Virus record (IMG/VR): IMGVR_UViG_3300038393_001696
Strand: one strand, 5' to 3'
Origin: an uncultured virus (IMG/VR IMGVR_UViG_3300038393_001696)
Lineage: Duplodnaviria > Heunggongvirae > Uroviricota > Caudoviricetes
Length of the DNA stretch: 64,000 nucleotides
Of the stretch, positions 9,112-17,897 are shown piece after piece. The notes beneath the pieces are model-generated. The model did no database searches and had not been told where the DNA came from. It saw only the letters and a program-made list of their open reading frames with translations. The first letter of the stretch is position 1. The number at the start of each line of letters is the position of its first letter. The translations under genes were made by a program, and so were the position numbers.

Positions 9112-10508
9112 TGGTCAAGGCCACCATGACTGTGCGAACTTTTAATCTGGTCGTGCCGCTGGCTCACGAGGCCACCGCCATGCGCACCGCAGATACCACT
9201 CGACAGTGTTCGGGCAGGTCCGGCGCAGTTTCCCCGCTGATCGGCCGCTGCGGCCTTCGGTGGGGCGATGTAGATAGCACGAATAACCGCAGCACGCTGC
9301 CAACGACGACTATGCCTGGAATCAGAACTTCAACAACGGCAACCAGAACTACAACAACAAGTCGGCCAGGCTTCGCGCCCGCGCGGTCCGCAGGTTATCC
9401 CGGCCGCCACCATGCTGATTTTTCTTTCGAGGAGCTGGTCCTAGCCTATCTGGACTGCCGCCAGACGAAGCGCACATCTGCCAGCGCCATAGCGTTTGAA
9501 CAGGACCAGGAGCGCAATCTGGCGCGGCTGCACGACGAGCTGCTTGATGGCACCTACCATCCGGGCCGGTCGATCTGCTTCGTCATCACCCGCCCAAAAG
9601 CGCGCGAAGTCTGGGCGGCGGACTTCCGTGACCGTATCGTGCACCACCTGCTCTACAACCGCATCGCGCCGCGTTTTCACGCCTCGTTCATCGCTGATAC
9701 CTGCGCATGCATCCCGGGCCGCGGCACGTTGTATGCGGCACGGCGCCTCGAGTCGAAGATTCGCGCAGCCTCCGGAAACTGGAGCAAGCCTCTGTGGTAC
9801 CTGAAGTGCGATCTAGCCAACTTCTTCGTCACGATCGACAAGCGTGTTTTATGGAAGCTTATCGCGGTCCGTGTGACCGAGCCCTGGTGGCTGTGGCTCG
9901 CTGGAGTGGTCCTGTTCCACGACCCGCGGCAAGACTTTGAAATGCGCGGCGATCGACGCCTGCTCGAGCGTGTGCCGGCGCACAAGCGGCTGGCCAGCCA
10001 GCCGAGCCATCTTGGCCTTCCAATCGGGAACTTGTCGTCGCAGTTCTTCGCCAACATCTACCTCGACGTGCTCGACCAGTACGCGAAGCACAGGATCGGG
10101 GCGCGCCACTACGTGCGCTACGTCGACGACTTCGTGCTGCTGCACGGGTCGCCGCGGTGGCTGAACGAAGCGCTGGCCAAGATTAACAAATTCTTGCCGG
10201 CGAAGCTGGGCGCGCGCCTCAACCCCACCAAGACGGTCCTGCAGCCGGTCGACCGCGGCGTCGACTTCGTCGGACAGCTGATCAAGCCATGGCATATGAG
10301 AACCAGGCGCCGCACGGTGCGTCAGGCCATCACGCGCGTGCGCACGATGGATGCGGACAACGTGCACTCAGCGGCTAACAGCTACTTCGGGCTGCTGCGC
10401 CAGGCATCCCACAGCCACGTCGACCGGGCGGCGCTGGCAAGAGCGGTGCTCCGGCGCGCGCATGCCGTCGACGGCGGCCTGACCAAGACCTATCGGAGGT
10501 CCAAATGA
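9108..10508 (+). CDS. DGR reverse transcriptase (start uncertain; recognisable RT sequence begins about 9420)
   Basis: REVWAADFRDRIVHH, LKCDLANFF, GLPIGNLSSQFFAN (DGR-type SQ motif), YVRYVDDF, GVDFVG. Confidence 0.93.
   Translation: MMVKATMTVRTFNLVVPLAHEATAMRTADTTRQCSGRSGAVSPLIGRCGLRWGDVDSTNNRSTLPTTTMPGIRTSTTATRTTTTSRPGFAPARSAGYPGRHHADFSFEELVLAYLDCRQTKRTSASAIAFEQDQERNLARLHDELLDGTYHPGRSICFVITRPKAREVWAADFRDRIVHHLLYNRIAPRFHASFIADTCACIPGRGTLYAARRLESKIRAASGNWSKPLWYLKCDLANFFVTIDKRVLWKLIAVRVTEPWWLWLAGVVLFHDPRQDFEMRGDRRLLERVPAHKRLASQPSHLGLPIGNLSSQFFANIYLDVLDQYAKHRIGARHYVRYVDDFVLLHGSPRWLNEALAKINKFLPAKLGARLNPTKTVLQPVDRGVDFVGQLIKPWHMRTRRRTVRQAITRVRTMDADNVHSAANSYFGLLRQASHSHVDRAALARAVLRRAHAVDGGLTKTYRRSK
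9288..9393 (+). ncRNA. DGR template repeat (TR)
   Basis: Nine AAC/AAT triplets in the VR reading register; matches VR1 and VR2 essentially except at A. Confidence 0.95.
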
Positions 10509-10771
10509 AAGAAGTGCCATCCAGGCCGGCTGTGCTCGACGCCCTGCTAAACCCCGAAGCTTACCTGCACCAGGCGCGGCTTCTCTGGCTTCTCTCCGCC
10601 GGCCGTCCAGTTCTTCACGATGGAAGCAACAAATATATCCATACGGTCACCGCGCAGCAGGCTGGCGGAGCGATTGAAATGGCCGTGTACTTTTCGGGTG
10701 ATCCAACACCCGTCGATAGCTCGCTGATTCAACTGAAGACAATAACGAATGAAAGGGATGAGGATGAATAA
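10505..10771 (+). CDS. Hypothetical protein
   Basis: GGAGG RBS; ATGA overlap with the RT stop. Confidence 0.5.
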   Translation: MKEVPSRPAVLDALLNPEAYLHQARLLWLLSAGRPVLHDGSNKYIHTVTAQQAGGAIEMAVYFSGDPTPVDSSLIQLKTITNERDEDE

Positions 10772-11993
10772 AAATACTGAAGACGGCGCCTGCCATGACC
10801 GGGCGCGCAAGGTGGGCGCCGCGAAGGGCGGCAATGGAGAAGACTTCGACCACGACGAGTCGTATCAGGTATGGCGCGGCGCACCGCAAGAGCGGGCGGC
10901 AGTGCCGGAAGGGCTGGTGCTCATGCCGAAGGCGCTCACGGCCGAGAACGGCGCGAAATCAGTATTAGTAGGCGAGTTCAAGGAAACGTTGCGCCTTGGC
11001 TGCCCCGACTGCGATCCTGACGGCGAAAGCTGCGACACATGCGGCGATGCTGGCGAGGTGGCGCACGAAGTAACTATCAGCTGGGACACGATCAAGCGCA
11101 TCTACGCGCTGGCCGTCGAGCGCCTCGCCGCCCCTGCTCCAGCAGTCGCGCAGGAAGACGAACGGCAAGCCGGCCGCGACCTGAACAACACTCCCTGCCC
11201 GAAGTGCGGCCGGCGCATTGGGGTTCACACGCAGGTGGATTGGGAAGAGTGCTTTGGCGTCAAGACACCTCCAGATGAGGAAGAGGAGGGCGAGCAGGTC
11301 GCGCCTGATGATGGAATGTTCTCGTCGGACTGGAAAGACGGCTACTCAGTCGGGTTCCAGGCCGCGAAAAAGCTATCCTCTCCTGCCGCCGCCAGCTCCG
11401 AGAGCGTCGATACGCCGGAACTGCGCCGCTTGCTCTACGCGTTGTCTTGCACAACAGGCGCGGAGAACAAGGAGATCGAGCGTCGCGTCATCGCCCACAT
11501 CGAATCCCTGATCGCTGCGCGGGTAGCTGGCGCACAGGCCGCGCCATCCGATGTATTGGTAACGGCTCGTGATGCAATCAACGGGCTGTTGCGGCAATTC
11601 ACTGGTACGCCTTCGTCCTTGAAGGACAGTACCGCGCGTGCTCAGGGCCATGCCGCGATCAAGGAAATTGACGCCGCGATGGGGGCACAGGCCGCGCCTG
11701 ATGCGGTGCGCGATGCGGCGCTGGCCTTTGCCGACCACATCATCAACGGCATGTTCGAGGGTGGGGACTGGCGCGGCGAGAACGTACAGGAACTGGCAAT
11801 CAAGTATGGCCTGCTCAAGCAGCAGACGATGGAGAAGCCATGCGGCGAAGATGGGGCCTGTCAATGCGCGCAAAACGTGCCGTTCTTCCCGGCCGTCTGC
11901 TATCGCAAGACCTACATGGATGCGCTCAAGCGCGCCGCCAGCACCCCGGCAGACGACAGCCAGCCCGCTGTGGGCGCGGGAGGTCAATTGTGA
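10764..11993 (+). CDS. Mosaic phage early protein with Zn-finger-like segments
   Basis: MPKALTAENGAK module, CxxC motifs, Ala/Pro-rich linkers. Confidence 0.6.
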   Translation: MNKNTEDGACHDRARKVGAAKGGNGEDFDHDESYQVWRGAPQERAAVPEGLVLMPKALTAENGAKSVLVGEFKETLRLGCPDCDPDGESCDTCGDAGEVAHEVTISWDTIKRIYALAVERLAAPAPAVAQEDERQAGRDLNNTPCPKCGRRIGVHTQVDWEECFGVKTPPDEEEEGEQVAPDDGMFSSDWKDGYSVGFQAAKKLSSPAAASSESVDTPELRRLLYALSCTTGAENKEIERRVIAHIESLIAARVAGAQAAPSDVLVTARDAINGLLRQFTGTPSSLKDSTARAQGHAAIKEIDAAMGAQAAPDAVRDAALAFADHIINGMFEGGDWRGENVQELAIKYGLLKQQTMEKPCGEDGACQCAQNVPFFPAVCYRKTYMDALKRAASTPADDSQPAVGAGGQL

Positions 11994-12544
11994 ACCAGGC
12001 AACCGAACATCAGGTGCACCTGCTGCACCACACGCTGGGCGTGACACCGCAACGCCGCGCTCCGTACCGCAACCACTTCGTCGCCAGCCGCGGCCACGAC
12101 GACCTGCTCGACCTGAAGGCGCTCGAAGCGGCAGGGCTGATGGCACGAAGCCGGACGCCGAAGTTCTGCGACCCCGACGACATGGTGTTCCATGTCACCG
12201 ACGCGGGCCGGGATTTCGCCCTGGAAAACCTGCCGCAGCCGCCGAAGCGAACCCGGTACGAGGAATACCTGGACGCGGACACTGGTCACAGCTTCGTTGA
12301 ATTCCTGGGCATCAACCCGCCGCGTGTGGAGTGGAACCGCGAATGGGGCAACGCGAGCCGATACCGCTATGTGCGCCTGGACTGGCGCTACCGGCAGGAA
12401 GTCATCGGCGAGTGGAAGCCTAGCAAGAAAGAGGCAAAAGCCAGCTACAAGGCGGCCCTGAAAAAACACAACGATGAGGCGCGCGCATGGCAGAGAGCAC
12501 CCGCCCAGCAGGCAGACGACAGCCAGAAAGGCGGTGCAGTATGA
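11990..12544 (+). CDS. Phage hypothetical protein
   Basis: LLHHTLG...YRNHFVA...FHVTDAG; GTGA coupling. Confidence 0.6.
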   Translation: MNQATEHQVHLLHHTLGVTPQRRAPYRNHFVASRGHDDLLDLKALEAAGLMARSRTPKFCDPDDMVFHVTDAGRDFALENLPQPPKRTRYEEYLDADTGHSFVEFLGINPPRVEWNREWGNASRYRYVRLDWRYRQEVIGEWKPSKKEAKASYKAALKKHNDEARAWQRAPAQQADDSQKGGAV

Positions 12545-12765
12545 GTCGGAACATGGTCGCGGTTTTCGCAATCGTCGCAATAGCGCTCATCTCAGTCACG
12601 ACCGTAATGAACTTGAACTGGTCGAAGGCCAACGCCGAGAACAACGCGTTCGCTAAGGACTGCAACGACCGTGGTGGTATCGCTCGTTTTGATATAGACG
12701 CCCGGCAGTGCATTGGCGCGCACCGCGCACCCTCTCAGGACAGCCAGAAAGTCGGCGGCAAATGA
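12541..12765 (+). CDS. Small membrane-anchored protein
   Basis: N-terminal hydrophobic helix, CNDRGG. Confidence 0.5.
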   Translation: MSRNMVAVFAIVAIALISVTTVMNLNWSKANAENNAFAKDCNDRGGIARFDIDARQCIGAHRAPSQDSQKVGGK

Positions 12766-12977
12766 ACGCGCACCAGCGCCGAGTCGCCCGCCGCAAGGAC
12801 CGCCACTATTGGGACGAGTCGCCATCGTATGCCGACCTGTATGCCAGTGACGGCGACTGCTTTAGCGATGACGACGAGCGCGAAGCATGCACGGCGTGCG
12901 ACGGCGATGGCCGCGATCCAATGACTGATTACTTGCTGCCGTGCGAGGTGTGCGGCGGCGATGGATATTTCGATTAA
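12762..12977 (+). CDS. Small DnaJ-type Zn-finger protein
   Basis: CTACDGDG...CEVCGGDG. Confidence 0.5.
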   Translation: MNAHQRRVARRKDRHYWDESPSYADLYASDGDCFSDDDEREACTACDGDGRDPMTDYLLPCEVCGGDGYFD

Positions 12978-12985
12978 GGACAACC

Positions 12986-13960
12986 ATGACCGACAAGAGC
13001 ACCACCGCAGGCATCGACCTGGACAAGCTGACGCGATACGACCACCAAGGCTGCGTCATGGCTCCCGATGCGACCGGCGATTACTTCCTCGTTGCCGACG
13101 TGCGCGAACTGCTTTCCGCGCCGCGCGTGAGCGAACAGGCGGACGAGCGGGCGCTATGGGAAAAATGGGCGGAACACGAGGCCCGAGTGGCATACCGCTC
13201 GGAGAAGCATGGTCTCGTGTTCTATGACGCCGGGACGAAGACCGCATCATGGGTTGCATGGCAGGCCCGCGCGGCCCTCACCCAGCAAGCCGCGCCCGAA
13301 GCGCCTGCCGACAAGCCCGCTGGCCTTATCGTAGCAACTTCGGTAACGGATGATTCGATTGTCGTCATCGTCAGCATGAAGCAGGGCGACGTAACGACCG
13401 TACTGTACTCAAGGAACCATTCACTCAACGGTGAATCTCTTGGGACGGCACTGCTCGCCGCCGCATCCCCTGCGGCCACCACGGCAAGCGCGAGCGGTAA
13501 CAGCTTCCGCGATCACCTGCAAAGGTGCAGCGACGAGGTTGCGACGTGGCCCGACTGGAAGCGCGCCCCAGCACCCAGCCATGAGGCTGCGCCGCTGGAC
13601 GATGGTTTCCTGTACATGTGCGCAATCGAGGCTGCTTACCCGATACCGAACAATCCTCACAATTCGGTCGTGCAGCGCGCGATGGACAGCCGGATTGCAT
13701 TCAGGAAGGGCTGGGACGCTGCGCGCGATGCCGTCGCCCAGCAGGGCGCAGGACAGGCAGCGCAGGCTGGGGCGGATGAGACGAAGGATGCGGCGCGGTA
13801 TCGCTGGCTGCGTGACAAGAGCGAGCCGGGAATCTGCGCGTTTTACTTGTCGGTGGGCCAGGCTTTCAAAGGTGTGAAGTTCGCGCGTGAGACTGTGGAT
13901 GAAGCCATCGACGCCGCCATGTCCGCCGCTACGGCAAGCCAGAAGGGAGAGCAGGCATGA
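12986..13960 (+). CDS. Mosaic phage early protein
   Basis: AWQARAAL and KDAARYRWLR modules seen in phage early genes. Confidence 0.6.
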   Translation: MTDKSTTAGIDLDKLTRYDHQGCVMAPDATGDYFLVADVRELLSAPRVSEQADERALWEKWAEHEARVAYRSEKHGLVFYDAGTKTASWVAWQARAALTQQAAPEAPADKPAGLIVATSVTDDSIVVIVSMKQGDVTTVLYSRNHSLNGESLGTALLAAASPAATTASASGNSFRDHLQRCSDEVATWPDWKRAPAPSHEAAPLDDGFLYMCAIEAAYPIPNNPHNSVVQRAMDSRIAFRKGWDAARDAVAQQGAGQAAQAGADETKDAARYRWLRDKSEPGICAFYLSVGQAFKGVKFARETVDEAIDAAMSAATASQKGEQA

Positions 13961-14610
13961 AAGAGCGCCGGATCCTTTTCAGTGCCCCGATGGTGCGCGC
14001 GCTGCTCGACGGCACCAAAACGCAAACGCGGCGCGTGGTGAAAGACCTTCCGCCGTGGGAGATAACCGAAATCTGCCACGATGCCGGCGGAACGGGGAAG
14101 TGGATGCCGAATGGCCCCTCTCCAAGTGGCAAGGGAATGGCGGCCGGGCATTGGAGACATTGCCCCTACGGCCGGTCCGGCGACCGCCTGTGGGTGCGCG
14201 AGTCCTTCGTCGCCTTCGGCCGCTGGGAGACCCGTTACAGCGAGAAGAAGCAGCGCGACGAGTGGCACTTCGTGGACTTGACGCTGGAGACCGACCAAGC
14301 CTATCGATTCGACGGCGCGGATCCTGATGCTCGCCGCCGTACTGGCGCGGCGCCGACCTGGCACAGCCGCCCGTCGCTGTTCATGCCGCGCGCGGCCAGC
14401 CGCATCCTGCTCGACGTCGTCAGCGTGCGCGTCGAGCGGCTGCAGGACATCAGCCACGAGGATGCGGAGTGTGAAGGCGTGAAGTGCAATTACTCGGCTT
14501 TGGGCTTTCGCGACCACTACCGGCACCTTTGGGAGAGTATCAACGGCCCTAGCAGCTGGGACGCCAACCCATGGGTGTGGGTGGTCGAATTCAAGCGGGT
14601 GCAGCCATGA
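13957..14610 (+). CDS. ASCH/PUA-like phage protein
   Basis: MKERRILFSAPMVRALLDGTKTQTRR...CPYG..GDRLWVRE...NPWVWVVEF. Confidence 0.75.
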   Translation: MKERRILFSAPMVRALLDGTKTQTRRVVKDLPPWEITEICHDAGGTGKWMPNGPSPSGKGMAAGHWRHCPYGRSGDRLWVRESFVAFGRWETRYSEKKQRDEWHFVDLTLETDQAYRFDGADPDARRRTGAAPTWHSRPSLFMPRAASRILLDVVSVRVERLQDISHEDAECEGVKCNYSALGFRDHYRHLWESINGPSSWDANPWVWVVEFKRVQP

Positions 14611-14752
14611 TTGACCGCCGCGCATCCGCAAGCCAGCATCTGGCCGCCGGCGCGTACCTGCAGCTGCTGTTAAGGATGGGCGTGCGGGTGCGGCCTTGGA
14701 CAATCAGGCCGTCCAGCGAATTGGAGAGCAATGTAATCGCAGCAAGGAGCGA

Positions 14753-14992
14753 ATGACGATGGCGGGGACCGGTTACCTAAGCGCCGATGAACTGGCGGAG
14801 CTGATCGACTGCAGACCCAATCAGCGCAGTAAAATGATTTCATGGTTGACCACAAACCGCTGGCGGTTTGAGGTTGCATCGAGCGGACTGCCGCGGGTCG
14901 CCCGGGCGTACCATGACAGGAAGATGGGCATCACAGAGGAAAAATCGCAGGCCAAGTATGCCGAAACACCAAACCTCAGCGCCTTCACGTAA
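14753..14992 (+). CDS. Excisionase-like protein (DUF4224-like)
   Basis: YLSADELAEL...WL...G.PRVAR; directly upstream of the integrase. Confidence 0.75.
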   Translation: MTMAGTGYLSADELAELIDCRPNQRSKMISWLTTNRWRFEVASSGLPRVARAYHDRKMGITEEKSQAKYAETPNLSAFT

Positions 14993-16247
14993 GGAGCGCA
15001 CCGGGATCGATCGGCTTTACAAGCGAGTCGGCAAGCGCAAGGTCTCGTTCTATTATCAGCATCCGGACGGTACCAGCGAGACGCTTGCCACCGCAACCTT
15101 GGGGGATCGCCAGGCCACCATCGAGGCCGAGCGAACCGCCAAGCGCAAAGCGCTTGATATCCAGCAGGGCGTAATCGTCGCAGGGTCCGTCGCGGATCTT
15201 ATCGATCGGTTCAGGACGGACGAAGACCCTCATCACTACCGTGACCAGTCCAAGGACGGCATCGCCGTACGCCGCGGAGTTTACGAAAACCTCATCAGGT
15301 TTTTCGGACAGATGCACCCCACGGCGCTAAAGACGATTCATGGTTATCAATACGTTGAGGCTAGAGCCAAGGCCGGTGCCCCGGTCAAGGCGTGGAAGGA
15401 GCTCTACGCTTTCTCCACGATCTGTAAGAAAGCTATCCGCTGGGGCGTCATGGAGCACAACCCATTTACGGATATGGACACCGACCCCCACGATAAGGAC
15501 GTTCGGACGGTAGAGCGCTCGCAGGTCGTGAGGTTCTATCTCTGGAGCCGCCGCCAAGACAATCGGAATGCGCGCTTGATGGGATGCCTTGCGATGTTCA
15601 CCTACCTGACGGGCTTCCGTGCTGCAGAGGTTCGCCCGCTGCTAAAGACTGCCGTCACGAAACAAGGGGTTGCGGTCGAGGGGGCGAAGCGCAAAAAAGG
15701 AGAGGCGCCAGTCCTGAAACTCCGAGAGTGGACGCCGCGGCTACGTTTGGTGGTTGCACGTATCGAACAGGCTCAGGTACATATGGCGCAGATGCCAGCA
15801 GAAGTCGTGCAAACTCTGGCGCAAATTACGGTTAAGATCGCCTCTGGGATGTCAGCCAAGTCCGCTGTAAAAGAAGCCGGGATGAAGGAGTCCACCTATT
15901 ACTATTGGCTCAAGCGGGCCAAGAAAGATGAGCGCGTGAAGCCAACCGAGTCGACCTACCTATTCCCGGCAAAGGGCGGAAAATGCTACACGAAAAGCGG
16001 ACTGTTTTCGACCTGGCAGGATGTGATGCTTGACTACGTGCGCTCGCTCGACGCTGGCGTGACAGCGGATAAGTTGGTTGAGCACCGGGACTATTACTCT
16101 CCGCTTGACATTCGCCCCGCCGCGATCACTGCCAAACTCGAGAGCCGCGACGCCGACGCCTACGATTTCGCGGCCCACGCCAATCCCGCGACCACGCACA
16201 GGCACTACGACCGGCGCAAGGTCAAAAAGGCGAAGGCAACGGAATAA
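14958..16247 (+). CDS. int: Tyrosine integrase
   Basis: YLTGFRAAEV (R-I), DIRPAAIT (R-II), AAHANPATTHRHYDR (H, Y); adjacent to att. Confidence 0.88.
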   Translation: MPKHQTSAPSRKERTGIDRLYKRVGKRKVSFYYQHPDGTSETLATATLGDRQATIEAERTAKRKALDIQQGVIVAGSVADLIDRFRTDEDPHHYRDQSKDGIAVRRGVYENLIRFFGQMHPTALKTIHGYQYVEARAKAGAPVKAWKELYAFSTICKKAIRWGVMEHNPFTDMDTDPHDKDVRTVERSQVVRFYLWSRRQDNRNARLMGCLAMFTYLTGFRAAEVRPLLKTAVTKQGVAVEGAKRKKGEAPVLKLREWTPRLRLVVARIEQAQVHMAQMPAEVVQTLAQITVKIASGMSAKSAVKEAGMKESTYYYWLKRAKKDERVKPTESTYLFPAKGGKCYTKSGLFSTWQDVMLDYVRSLDAGVTADKLVEHRDYYSPLDIRPAAITAKLESRDADAYDFAAHANPATTHRHYDRRKVKKAKATE

Positions 16248-16374
16248 AGACGCGCGAAAATTTTCCAACGGATGCCTTGAAACCCGCATGGCTGGCACTG
16301 TTTTGTAGCGTATCCGTTGGAACGAAAAATCGGTAAGTGACTGAATAATCTATGAAAAACCACACCTCAATGCT

Positions 16375-16422
16375 GGATTGTGATTCCTGTCGTCGTGGGT
16401 TCGAGTCCCATCAGCCACCCCA
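16375..16422 (+). other. att core: 3' fragment of tRNA-His(GTG), not an intact tRNA
   Basis: GGATTGTGATTCCTGTCGTCGTGGGTTCGAGTCCCATCAGCCACCCCA has the anticodon loop, T-arm and CCA end; no D-arm or acceptor 5' strand upstream. Confidence 0.9.
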
Positions 16423-16521
16423 AAATTCCCAGTAAATTCAGGTAGTTATAACAGGCCACTGGTTTCAGCATCTGAAATTTACAACGCAAACGGCGATTTT
16501 CCAACGAGCGCCACACAAATG

Positions 16522-16544
16522 AGCCGCAGATAAGCGGCTTTTTT
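16522..16544 (+). terminator. Intrinsic terminator
   Basis: AGCCGC-AGATAA-GCGGCT followed by a T run. Confidence 0.7.
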
Positions 16545-16555
16545 GTTGCCTCAAC

Positions 16556-16861
16556 TTATCCGCTCCTGCTTCCTTCTAGCACCACCGCCCGCCATTCCTG
16601 CACATACCCAGCGTCGTCGGTGCCCTTCTCGTAGCCGCGGAACAGCATGCCATTGCCGTGCATCGTCACCAGTTTGGCATCGTACAGGCTCTGGATGATC
16701 GGCTTGCGCTGCTGCTCGTCCTCGATGGCCGCTAGACTCAGCTCCAGAATGCCGGCCACCGCGGCCAGGCGCATATCGCCGGTCGTGCCCGGGTCGTTTT
16801 GGATGTCATGGTCGCTGCGGCGCTTGCCGCGCTCGCGGAGGCGGGTGATGGTGGCGTACAT
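16556..16861 (-). CDS. Hypothetical protein
   Basis: MYATITRLRERG...LYDAKLVTM...FRGYE...YVQEW. Confidence 0.55.
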   Translation of the reverse strand: MYATITRLRERGKRRSDHDIQNDPGTTGDMRLAAVAGILELSLAAIEDEQQRKPIIQSLYDAKLVTMHGNGMLFRGYEKGTDDAGYVQEWRAVVLEGSRSG

Positions 16862-16890
16862 GGGCGCGAGTGTAGCACTGTTGACCCAGC

Positions 16891-17836
16891 TCACCCTGAA
16901 CCCACCACCCAATAGCGCTTGATCACGGGATGCCGAAGGGTTCCTCCGTGCGTCCATTCTGTGAACGCTACTCGTGCACGCAACAGCGGCCGGACCCAAT
17001 ACACGCCCCGCTCCCGCCCGGTCGCGCCGGGGACTGGCGGCGGCGTCGGGATATGGCTGAACGCCGCCAGCAATTCGCGCCGCTGGCCGTCGCTCAGGCC
17101 CGAGCCGACCGAGCCGACATAGCGCAGTCCATCGTCAGCGCCAGGCATGGCCAGCAGCAGCGAGCCAACGCCGGCGCGGGTGCGCGTGTAGCCGACGATG
17201 ACAAATTCATCTACCAGGCCGCATTTGAGCTTGATCCAGCTCCGGGTGCGCCTGGATGCATAGTGCGAGTCGCGGAGCTTTCCGACGATCCCTTCCAGCC
17301 CAAGGTCGCAAGCTGCGCGCAGCATGTCTGCCGGGTCACCAGCAAGGGGGGGCGCTGTAGCGAACCACGCGCTGGTTGACCTTTGGGAGCGCCAGCTCGA
17401 GCAGTCGGCGCCGATCCTCCAGCGCCACCGCACGCAGGTCATGCCCGAAGAGGTACGGACAATCGAACAGGTAGTAGGTGATCCGCTCGCTTTTACGCGC
17501 GTCGATCGACTGCTGCAGCTGGCCAAAATCCGGCAGCCCGCGATCGTCCAAAACGACAATCTCGCCGTCGTACCAGCCCGGCGGAAGACAAAGCCTCGCG
17601 ATTGCGCGGCGCAGGCATTCCAGCTCGCTGGTCCAGTTGTGACCTCTGCGGGTGAACAGCTTGATGCTGATTCCCTCTACGCGCGCGAGCAAGCGGTAGC
17701 CGTCGTACTTCGCCTCCCATATCCACTCTTCCGGTACCATGGGCGGCTCATGCACGAGCGTGACTAGTTGCGGCGCCAGCCGGGCTGGTAGCGGCGCGGC
17801 AACGGCGGACGGCGGCATCGGCGGGACTCGGGGCAT
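16891..17836 (-). pseudogene. ligD: LigD-type ATP-dependent DNA ligase domain, frameshifted
   Basis: EAKYDGYR, DGEIV and YLFD in one frame; EGIVGK and WIKLK in another; the break is at a C7 run (17346-17352). Confidence 0.8.
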
Positions 17837-17897
17837 GGTCGCTCCTGATCAACCCCAAGCGTACTCCTATCGGCAATCGAAACCGCCGTTTATCGCC

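Larger units (their letters stand above)
1..16422. mobile_element. Prophage 1, right part (early/control region, DGR, xis-int), ending at tRNA-His att
   Basis: cro/repressor switch, rdgC, excisionase and tyrosine integrase followed by a tRNA 3' fragment; gene order parallels prophage 2. Confidence 0.9.

Noticed and set aside
9108..10508. Group II intron or retron RT
   Set aside because: SQ motif, adjacent avd and a TR/VR pair identify a DGR RT; no maturase or endonuclease extension seen
16340..16422. Intact tRNA-His gene
   Set aside because: Only the anticodon loop to CCA is present; upstream sequence cannot form the D-arm or acceptor stem
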